A stretch of 42,672 bases of DNA from Sedimentisphaerales bacterium (GTDB lineage Bacteria; Planctomycetota; Phycisphaerae; Sedimentisphaerales; Anaerobacaceae). Below, piece after piece: positions 7,822 to 15,452 of the stretch (its first letter is position 1; each line of letters starts with the position of its first letter). Both the position numbers and the translations under genes were made by a program. The notes below the pieces were generated by a model, which was given only the letters and a program-made list of their open reading frames with translations, was not told the DNA's origin and searched no databases. The stretch covers positions 1-42,672 of the forward strand of contig JAFGTU010000432.1 in NCBI GenBank assembly GCA_016933985.1, in the 5' to 3' direction.

Positions 7822-9807
7822 TTACTGATCCGTATATCTTTCTAAGTACTTACGAATAACACCTGCAATCTCCCAACTGGCTCGCCAATCGGGGACAATT
7901 AGAGTGCGTGTCTTTATCATAAGGTTTTCCAGTTCGGCACTCGTCTGGTCAAATACCTTATGAAGCCCACCTTGTGGAGCATCTCCATACTCCTTACACA
8001 CGCTATCAGGGCCTGCTCCTGGGAACATACGCACTATAATAGCCAACGCCGACCACCACAGCTTGAGGGGGAAGAGGCCCAGGGCCTCGTCTGGTGTAAT
8101 CTTATCAAACAACAACTGCTGTGGCCCCAGCGGAGCTATCCAGCGGTTGTCGGCTTGGAAGGTTTCTTCCACACGCACACTAAGTCTCTTTGATTCCTCG
8201 TGGGTGGATGCCAAATGGCGAGCCAAACTCAAAACCGCGTCCAGCGCTAGAGGCAGTGTTGTTGAATTGTTGACTAATATGATTCTTGTCGCCAGAACGC
8301 CCAAGGCGTACAGATCGCACGGACTACTCAACAGCGGAATTACTTCAAAGGGAGTCTCGTGCATCGGTATGCCTTCGGTTCTTTTGAGATTTGCCAGATC
8401 GCTGCCGCTTATCTTGTGGGGCACTGTCCTAAAACGCCATTCCCCCGGCGCCATCGCTGAGTCCTTCTCAAGATGGGCATACAGATTGACGGTTCCGGAA
8501 CCGTGGTTGAGTCGCAGCCAGAGAAGGTCATGGTAGAAGAACTCAATTCGCTCCTGGGTGGACAGCGTGCCGTCAACTGTCGTGATTTCATCGGTAGTGG
8601 TCGAGATTTGCCGGATGCGAACTGAGACACGCCCTTTGGCGGGTAGTGACACATTCATCGGGCGATATACTGACGCCTCGCCCGCCGAAGCCGACAAATA
8701 GTATCTGACTCCGGTATTTTCAGCAATCAACGTTATTGTATCACCCGGTTCACAAAGCTCCGCCTTCGCCGTCCACAGATATGGCAAACCTCGGCCAGGT
8801 TGGCCAAGCCTGACCTGGAAACTGGTGTCGCTAATGTTCAAGAGCGGTTTTTGAAGTTCTGATACCAACAGCCTGACCGAGGCTATAATGTCTGCTAACA
8901 ACCGAAGCTTAAGATAGAAGGTCTCCAGCAGACGACCGCTCTTGCCCTGGGATTCGAGGAAAAGCCGACCATCGTCAACCAGCACTGTCTGATCACTCTT
9001 GAGCGAGTCTATCTGTTTTCCGAGGTTAAGCTCCGATTTTCCGTGTTTGAGCCCTCCCCAGGGGACTCCGCTGATAATATCGACGAAGGATTCGAGGCTG
9101 GTCGGAAGGTGCTTCCTCGCCATAACAAAGCCCGCACCCTCATTAAACAGGATGATGGAGTCGGTGTTGTTGCATACTTGAGCCAGCGAGCTTGTACACT
9201 CGTTTTCCGGCGCGCCTTTCGTAACCGGTACAAACAATGAATCGGCCCCGATAGTAGAGATATAAAGATAGCGGTGGAGTGAGCTGGTGTAGGCAGGAAG
9301 CCCTTTTTGCCTAAGCAAGCCATCGTCAGTGCACAATGTTAATGGTGACTTGGAGTTCTTCTCGATCGGATGAACAGGAGAAAGCGAAGAAAGATCAAGA
9401 AATGTGGGCAGAGGATGTTTGGACTCCCAGCCCGTCCTGACTATTTGATCGGCACCAAGTGCCAGAAAGCCTCGACATTGTTGAATCCATCGATAGTCCA
9501 AGATGCTGTTTGAGAGTGATTGTCGATACGCGGCAGGGCTGTTCGAAAGGCCTTCGTTATTCTGGACCCAAAGCTCGATCCATTCGTGGACCTGGCCGGA
9601 GACATCGAGCACGCACCCCAAATACACCTTCGTGTCGATCCTGTCGCGAAGCAAAACGAGGTGGCCGCCAACCGGATCCGCTTCCCGCCTGGCCAATATG
9701 CAGATCCTCAGCGATGCCCTTGCTTGGTCCGCGCTGATAGGGACGGCCACGTAACCCTGGGGTAAAGTTGCAGAAGCATTCTTGGTTTCAGAAGGAGTCA
9801 CTGACAA
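7822..9807 (-). CDS. Hypothetical 661-aa protein with a degenerate protein-kinase-like C-terminal half
   Basis: Long uninterrupted ORF co-oriented with the T6SS arm. aa ~296-335 (LLADIIASVRLLVSELQKPLLNISDTSFQV) resemble kinase helix E plus catalytic loop without the HRD Asp. aa ~497-515 (CDLYALGVLATRIILVNN) resemble subdomain IX (D-x-[WY]-[AS]-[LF]-G-[VI]). The only start codons near the 5' end are TTG (9807) or GTG (9801), without a clear SD, so the start is uncertain. Confidence 0.55.
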   Translation of the reverse strand: MSVTPSETKNASATLPQGYVAVPISADQARASLRICILARREADPVGGHLVLLRDRIDTKVYLGCVLDVSGQVHEWIELWVQNNEGLSNSPAAYRQSLSNSILDYRWIQQCRGFLALGADQIVRTGWESKHPLPTFLDLSSLSPVHPIEKNSKSPLTLCTDDGLLRQKGLPAYTSSLHRYLYISTIGADSLFVPVTKGAPENECTSSLAQVCNNTDSIILFNEGAGFVMARKHLPTSLESFVDIISGVPWGGLKHGKSELNLGKQIDSLKSDQTVLVDDGRLFLESQGKSGRLLETFYLKLRLLADIIASVRLLVSELQKPLLNISDTSFQVRLGQPGRGLPYLWTAKAELCEPGDTITLIAENTGVRYYLSASAGEASVYRPMNVSLPAKGRVSVRIRQISTTTDEITTVDGTLSTQERIEFFYHDLLWLRLNHGSGTVNLYAHLEKDSAMAPGEWRFRTVPHKISGSDLANLKRTEGIPMHETPFEVIPLLSSPCDLYALGVLATRIILVNNSTTLPLALDAVLSLARHLASTHEESKRLSVRVEETFQADNRWIAPLGPQQLLFDKITPDEALGLFPLKLWWSALAIIVRMFPGAGPDSVCKEYGDAPQGGLHKVFDQTSAELENLMIKTRTLIVPDWRASWEIAGVIRKYLERYTDQ

Positions 9808-10076
9808 CTCAACTTAAAAATAACCAGCCAATTCCAATATCCCTTGCTTAACACCTGACCTGTCCACTCAACAATGAACAGTATTCAAAGGCATGCGAGT
9901 AGGTATTATTGCTGATTAGCTTCTCGGTGTCAAGTCAAATATCCGGCATCATCGAATTGAATTGGCGAAGCAGCCCCTTATGGCCACAATTGGCCGGATA
10001 AGAACAAGAAAGATCCTCTCCGTGCGTGCTCGGCAGCCTCGCCCGGCCGCTCCTCAGCTTCCACTTTCAGCCGGCC

Positions 10077-10367
10077 TTATCCTCCAATGAGGACGGTGGG
10101 GCAGCATGGGGGTCCGACTGCCGTCGTTACAGGCACCCCTGTAGCCGGGTTAGCGCCAGTCACTTGACTGGTCAGTCGCGTGGCAGGCCGACCGCCGATC
10201 AGGACGGTCATACTGCCCAAGGTTACGGCCCCCACGCAGACACCGCCCGAGACCAGATCCCCAACCACCGACGCCGGCATATTACCGACCAAAACGGTAG
10301 GAACGCCAGGCCCTGTAATAGGGTCGCCAGTAACCGTCATATCGCCAACACGTGCCGCAGGAAGCAT
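10077..10367 (-). CDS. PAAR-domain spike-tip protein (96 aa, minimal PAAR)
   Basis: There are three PAAR-type motifs: MLPAARVGDM, GNMPASVVGD and GGRPATRLTS. The protein is Gly/Val/Thr-rich and has the typical size. GGAG lies 8 nt upstream of the ATG. Confidence 0.9.
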   Translation of the reverse strand: MLPAARVGDMTVTGDPITGPGVPTVLVGNMPASVVGDLVSGGVCVGAVTLGSMTVLIGGRPATRLTSQVTGANPATGVPVTTAVGPPCCPTVLIGG

Positions 10368-10561
10368 ACCTGATTCTCCATATATTTATAAAACATCGTG
10401 GAACCACAGCGGTAACCATGGGAAATTTATGCATATCACCAAATCTTGTTGCCGGGGGTATAATCAATTTCCTTAATTCATTACATTAAGTTCATACCCT
10501 ATCGGGAATATAATTATAGAGCAACATACACTGTTATATAAAATTGCTTTTCTTAAAATCC

Positions 10562-11683
10562 TTATAATAGACTAAATTGATCAGAGCTTTCATACTGAAC
10601 ACCTTGCGCCTGCCGCACCAAATCTTTTGAATATTTAACTCCTTTAAGCTGTAAACCGTTGAAATACACGTTGTCCAATTGCAAAAGCGTGTTAAAATTT
10701 GACCGGGCAATCAAGAGACCGTTGAGACAGGATTTTGAGAACCTGCATGTTCCTATAGTCACGCCCTGAATAGTATTTTCGCCCATCATATCAGTTGCTT
10801 GAATTTCCAGTCGCTCCAGTTCACAATTTTCGATCCGCAACGAATCGACTTCTGATTCTATTAGAGATAGTTCCTTTGTTTGAGTACCTCCCGCCAGGAT
10901 CACCCCTTTCCCCTTGGATTTTATCAGGCACAAGCCCTCCACTAGTGAACAGTCTTGTAAGTTGAGTTGAGAAACATCTGACTCGCTGAAAATGACACTT
11001 TCGAGATGCACCGCGTGAAAAGTTGCTTTGGTAAGGTTTGAAGCACTAAAACCGCCTTCGATGATTGATCCGTTTAGGAAATGAATCTGCTCCACAGTCA
11101 CCTCGGTGAATATCATCTCTTCGATGCGACAATTCTCATATTTAATATGATCCAATTCACTCTGACGGAAGTTGCAGCGTGTCAAAGTGGAGCTTTGGTT
11201 AAATGCGACCATCTTCATGGTAACATCTTCGAAGTCCAGATCCTCGGCTTCGAATTTTCGGAAGGTACAGTTGACAAAGTCAGCACCCACGGCGGACCAA
11301 TTATCCGCCCGGCAAGTCTCAAAGACACAGCCCTTGAAAGTGGTTCCACCTGCATCTACCCCACTAAAAAGGCACTCTCGAAAATGGACGTTGATGAACG
11401 TCGCCCCGGACAAATCCATTTCCTGCCAATCCACCTTGACAAACGTCGAGTTTCCAATCTCCGCATCAGCTAGACCGACCGTATCCAGGCTTACATCCTC
11501 AAGTATCGCTCCCTGAAGGTGGATGCCGGAAAAATCCCGCTCAATGATCTCACGGCCGGCCAGCCTCCAGCCTTGCTTGCCGGGTCCGTCATTGAAGGCC
11601 TTAATATCCGCCAAGTCTCGTTCTTCCTGGTCCGTCAAAGGTTCTCTTGCCATTGGGTTAAGGCTCCGGATTTCTTCAAGCAT
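10562..11683 (-). CDS. Pentapeptide-repeat protein (373 aa)
   Basis: Almost the whole protein is made of A(D/N)LxX-type pentads, for example ADFVNCTFRKFEAEDLDFEDVTMKMVAFNQSSTLTRCNFRQSELDHIKYENCRIEEMIF. The gene is visibly AT-richer than the core genes. An alternative start is M11 (MAREPL), which has a GGAG about 10 nt upstream. Confidence 0.85.
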   Translation of the reverse strand: MLEEIRSLNPMAREPLTDQEERDLADIKAFNDGPGKQGWRLAGREIIERDFSGIHLQGAILEDVSLDTVGLADAEIGNSTFVKVDWQEMDLSGATFINVHFRECLFSGVDAGGTTFKGCVFETCRADNWSAVGADFVNCTFRKFEAEDLDFEDVTMKMVAFNQSSTLTRCNFRQSELDHIKYENCRIEEMIFTEVTVEQIHFLNGSIIEGGFSASNLTKATFHAVHLESVIFSESDVSQLNLQDCSLVEGLCLIKSKGKGVILAGGTQTKELSLIESEVDSLRIENCELERLEIQATDMMGENTIQGVTIGTCRFSKSCLNGLLIARSNFNTLLQLDNVYFNGLQLKGVKYSKDLVRQAQGVQYESSDQFSLL

Positions 11684-11719
11684 TCAGGTATTTTCAACAC
11701 TAAAGGCCCTGCCGTTTGA

Positions 11720-14686
11720 TTAATGTGTGATATGATATTCCGCAAATTTTGGCTGCATGCTCCAATAATTCTGTCGCTCTATGCTATAGGTCACACGCCC
11801 TTTTTTACAATTCCTCTTCACCTTGACTTCGGAGACCCACGGGGTGGAGAAATCATAGTCTTGGGTAGCTTCGTAATGCTCGCCATAGGGGGTATGCTGG
11901 AACTTAATCGCCATATACAATCGGCGACCGATGGTGTATTGTAGGCCGCGCAGGCCTGCCGTATCTGTAACGCGGTAAACGACTTTTCCCTGCTCAAGAG
12001 TCGGCGTCATAGAGACCTTCTCGGTCTGCAAAAATTGCCAATTTTGATACAGAGCGATACTCTCAACCTTCGCGCCGAATTTATTCTCTAACTCATTGAT
12101 CATCTTGGTATTGGTCAGCTTGAAGTCATACTGACCAAGGGTATATTCCTCACCTTCCGCAAAATTCGCCTGTAAGCATAGCTGCAGATCGCTTTTGCTA
12201 TACGCATCCGTTTTTCCGTACGCGGCAAAATAGTCCAGTGCCACCGCGAACCGTGGCCCAAAGCCGATCGGTAACGCGGCTACCCTTTTGACCGACGTAT
12301 CCGCATTAAACACCACCTTGATTCCCGAACAACGGCCGTTGCCGAACTCTCCGAATTCGTCTCTCTGATTGCGCCTGGTTAAAGACCCGCTGGCGTCGGA
12401 AACGATAATCCAGGTGGGATCTTCCTGAATATGTGCTTCAGTTCTGGCGTTTTGACGAATCTCATCCCAGTCCTGTTTGAACATTCCTCCTGGTATCGGA
12501 GGCAATGCCCCATGCGCCGCCGCACTGCAAGAGAGCCTGCCGGACGGCACATCAACCGGTACCCGGTAGTATTGGGTCGATAAGGTTCCGGATTTCCCCG
12601 GTATTAATTTGGAGCTCTTTTCGTGACCGGTAATCGCATAGATGGCGCGGCGGTGCGTGTGCCCGCTCAGAAGGCATTGGATTTTCCGCTCGGCGATTCC
12701 CTCTCGGTACAGACGCACGCGATTCAGGTGAAACGTACCCATGTCGTTTTTGTTGAACTGATGCTGTTTGCCCCAAGTGTAGTGCACCTCCCCCTTACCC
12801 GTTATGGCCTTATATTCGGGGATCATATTGTGGTAGCTGACAAAAGTGAAATGCGAGAAAAGAATCTTTTTCCTTTCGCGCTGATTATCCCGTTCCTTCA
12901 GCTTATCCAATAAACTAACGACCTGATCTGATATCTGATCTGTTGACAATGGCAGATGTCCCCGCCCCTGTTCCGTGCGACCGGGAACCAGGGTGATCAT
13001 GTCTTCATCATAACCCCAACCCATCCCCATCAGGGACTGTTGCGGCAACTGCGCCGCATAATCGCAGAACGGAGTGAATAGCAGGTAAAACCATCGAAAA
13101 TGATCTGCTTTGAATGCAGTCTTTGGGGTGCCCATGGAGTTGCGTTTGACAATTCGATCGTAGCTTTTACCGAAACACAAAGCGGCCTCATACATCGTCA
13201 GGTTATGGCTGGCCGGGATAAAGGCGTCCGTCTTCTTTCGAACCTTCGACGGCTTGCTGCCCAAAAGCGTCGGAAACATAGCCACCGGTTCCAAATAACC
13301 ATCGTGGTTGCCGCTTACCACAAAGACGGGTTTAGCATTGTCTATATCCTTCTTATAGAAGTCCACAATAAGCGAGTAAACGACCAGAAGATCGACATTG
13401 TCTTTGTAATATTTCAGGTAGGTTTCTTCCGGTTTTCGTTTTTTCAACCCTAAAGATTTTTTCGTCCGATCCGTCCATCGTTGTTTGAGGCTTAAAATTT
13501 CGCGGACTTCCTCGGGCGTCTTGCCGCGGGCCATATTTTCGCACCAGCTATTTCGGATAAAATCGAGGATGTCGCCTGTGATCAACACCACGTCCACCTC
13601 GGGATCCTGGGCGAAACGGTCCAGTATAAGCTTGGTGTTGTGTGAGGCGATGTTGACCATCTCGCCCAGCGGCTGAAAATCATCGTGGTTAATAATTTTC
13701 TGTGTGCTGTTGGCCAGAACCTGCTGACGTGAATTGATGTGGATATCCGAGATCTGTCCGATATTGAGGGGACGGAAATCATTAACCATGTAGAAGAAAA
13801 CAGGATGATAGGCCTGGACAGGGTTGTCCGGATCCAGTTCCCCCACCGCCACATCGTCGTCATTAGGGCGGTTAGTGATACTGCCCTGCCTGACCCTAAA
13901 ACCATACTGGCCCTGGTTCATCTCGGCAGCTTTATTCTTGAACTCATGGTATATAAGATAATCTTGATCATTTTTCTGATCGGCACCGGGGAATATCCAA
14001 GGCATATGGGGCTGGTACTTAAAATCAGGTCTCTTTTCGGGGGGGGTGATTTGGGAAATTGTGCGTTTCGGATTCTTTGCCGTAGTCTCCTGAGAATTCT
14101 TATACAAATTCACCAGAGCCGAGACCCTGACCGATACCCAATATACTTCGGTGAACTTCTGGTCTTTATAGAATCTCTGCACCCTTTCATCGACCAGACC
14201 CAGAAAGTGCCCTTTTACTTTGTTCTGTTGGTCGGCATCCAAATCCTGGCTGGTCTGGTAGATCGTCTTGCTCTTGAGGGTCCCGAGATATCCCACATGG
14301 ATGTTCTCGGTCAGATTGTCGGTTATAACCATATTGGGATCATACTTCTTTTCCGCATCCAGACCCTTGACAATCTTCAGTTGTTTATTGACACACTGCC
14401 GTATCTTGTTTTTAACCGGGTCTGAGTTTTTTTCTCCCTCCAAGGTATCTCCCTTGAAAAGCATCAGCAATTCTACAAAATAATCACCGTCCTCTTCGCC
14501 TGTTTTAATCATGACCACCTCGGGAGTGCACAACGCCGGGTAGAGGATCATCGCAGGCAAGCCCCCGGATTGTTCGTCAACCACAGCACCTTCACCTCCG
14601 GCCAGCTCTTGCTGAATATTAACCTCGAGGTTTTCCGCCTGCGGTGCCGGATAGACCCAAAACAAATCACCTAACTCTGCCGGCAT
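11720..14686 (-). CDS. Large (988 aa) calcineurin-like metallophosphoesterase-domain protein, a candidate VgrG/PAAR-associated T6SS effector
   Basis: All five metallophosphoesterase motifs occur in order: SDIHIN (DxH), ITGDILDF (GDxxD), VSGNHDGY (GNHD), FSHFTF (H) and LSGHTHRR (GHxH), spanning about nt 12640-13770. About 300 aa at the N-terminus and 310 aa at the C-terminus are unassigned. There is no signal peptide. AAGGAG lies 7 nt upstream of ATG 14686. Confidence 0.8.
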   Translation of the reverse strand: MPAELGDLFWVYPAPQAENLEVNIQQELAGGEGAVVDEQSGGLPAMILYPALCTPEVVMIKTGEEDGDYFVELLMLFKGDTLEGEKNSDPVKNKIRQCVNKQLKIVKGLDAEKKYDPNMVITDNLTENIHVGYLGTLKSKTIYQTSQDLDADQQNKVKGHFLGLVDERVQRFYKDQKFTEVYWVSVRVSALVNLYKNSQETTAKNPKRTISQITPPEKRPDFKYQPHMPWIFPGADQKNDQDYLIYHEFKNKAAEMNQGQYGFRVRQGSITNRPNDDDVAVGELDPDNPVQAYHPVFFYMVNDFRPLNIGQISDIHINSRQQVLANSTQKIINHDDFQPLGEMVNIASHNTKLILDRFAQDPEVDVVLITGDILDFIRNSWCENMARGKTPEEVREILSLKQRWTDRTKKSLGLKKRKPEETYLKYYKDNVDLLVVYSLIVDFYKKDIDNAKPVFVVSGNHDGYLEPVAMFPTLLGSKPSKVRKKTDAFIPASHNLTMYEAALCFGKSYDRIVKRNSMGTPKTAFKADHFRWFYLLFTPFCDYAAQLPQQSLMGMGWGYDEDMITLVPGRTEQGRGHLPLSTDQISDQVVSLLDKLKERDNQRERKKILFSHFTFVSYHNMIPEYKAITGKGEVHYTWGKQHQFNKNDMGTFHLNRVRLYREGIAERKIQCLLSGHTHRRAIYAITGHEKSSKLIPGKSGTLSTQYYRVPVDVPSGRLSCSAAAHGALPPIPGGMFKQDWDEIRQNARTEAHIQEDPTWIIVSDASGSLTRRNQRDEFGEFGNGRCSGIKVVFNADTSVKRVAALPIGFGPRFAVALDYFAAYGKTDAYSKSDLQLCLQANFAEGEEYTLGQYDFKLTNTKMINELENKFGAKVESIALYQNWQFLQTEKVSMTPTLEQGKVVYRVTDTAGLRGLQYTIGRRLYMAIKFQHTPYGEHYEATQDYDFSTPWVSEVKVKRNCKKGRVTYSIERQNYWSMQPKFAEYHITH

Positions 14687-14762
14687 CGTACAACTCCTTC
14701 AATTTGTTCTTTCTTAGGATACATTCAACTCACAAGGTCTTGAGAAACCCTTTTCCCGCGTT

Positions 14763-15452
14763 CTATTTGTCATGAACTTCCTTGAGTTTGTCAGCGGTGG
14801 CCTGGTCCAGTTTCCCGGTAACTTTTAGTTTGTTTTGACTCTGGAATTCCTGAAGGGCCAAACTGGTTTTGGGATTCATTTTTCCGTCCGCCTTTCCTGC
14901 GTCATATCCCATATTGTTCAAACGCTGCTGAGCCCCGCTGACTTCGTCCACCGGATCCAGGTATCTGAATTTCAAAATGTGTTCGGTTTTTTCCTCACCT
15001 TCCCCTACCGTTAGTTTACCCTGTTGGGCGTCAGGAGGCACTTCCTGCTCTAATTTCCCTTTCCCATCGGTCTTGCCCTTAAAGGTCTCCCCCTCGATTT
15101 CAAGCATATAAGGCTGATTGGCCCGCGGCTCGCCCTCTTTGCGCAGAGTAATTTTTACCTTTGAAGGCACTCCCTTCCGCTTAAAACGGTGCTTCTTTTC
15201 GGTAGCGCCGGGAACATCCTTTTCTTCTTTCTCACGGATAAAAACCTTATCACCCGGCAGCAGGACATTGGGATTCTTGCGTTCTCTTTTGAGCTCGGCA
15301 TTCTTCGGATCGTTCCAGACGGTTTCCCAGAACAAACCGTGTTCATAAGCGAGACTCTCTATGCAATCGCCCTGCTTGACTGTATAACCTTCTTTTCCCG
15401 CAGGACCTTTACCAATCGTTTGTGATGTTTCTTCTTTATTTACGCGATCCAT
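14763..15452 (-). CDS. LysM plus PG_binding_1 peptidoglycan-binding protein (229 aa), no signal peptide
   Basis: LysM domain: YTVKQGDCIESLAYEHGLFWETVWNDPKNAELKRERKNPNVLLPGDKVFI. C-terminal PG_binding_1-like repeat: VSGAQQRLNNMGYDAGKADGKMNPKTSLALQEFQSQNKLKVTGKLDQATADKL. Start refined to ATG 15452 (GGGAG lies 8 nt upstream), which overlaps the vgrG stop as TAATG. The track start at 15467 is a TTG. Confidence 0.85.
   Translation of the reverse strand: MDRVNKEETSQTIGKGPAGKEGYTVKQGDCIESLAYEHGLFWETVWNDPKNAELKRERKNPNVLLPGDKVFIREKEEKDVPGATEKKHRFKRKGVPSKVKITLRKEGEPRANQPYMLEIEGETFKGKTDGKGKLEQEVPPDAQQGKLTVGEGEEKTEHILKFRYLDPVDEVSGAQQRLNNMGYDAGKADGKMNPKTSLALQEFQSQNKLKVTGKLDQATADKLKEVHDK

Noticed and set aside
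10459-10464. Plus-strand TATAAT in the pentapeptide-PAAR spacer
   Set aside because: It would drive transcription antisense to the pentapeptide gene. No acceptable -35 element is present at 16-18 nt (TCACCA). It is likely a chance occurrence in AT-rich DNA.
10026-10476. 115-aa and 98-aa plus-strand ORFs and a 61-aa minus-strand ORF overlapping PAAR
   Set aside because: The 96-aa minus-strand frame contains three PAAR motifs and has an SD. The other frames are Gly/Pro/Arg/Thr-rich shadow translations of the Gly-rich PAAR gene.
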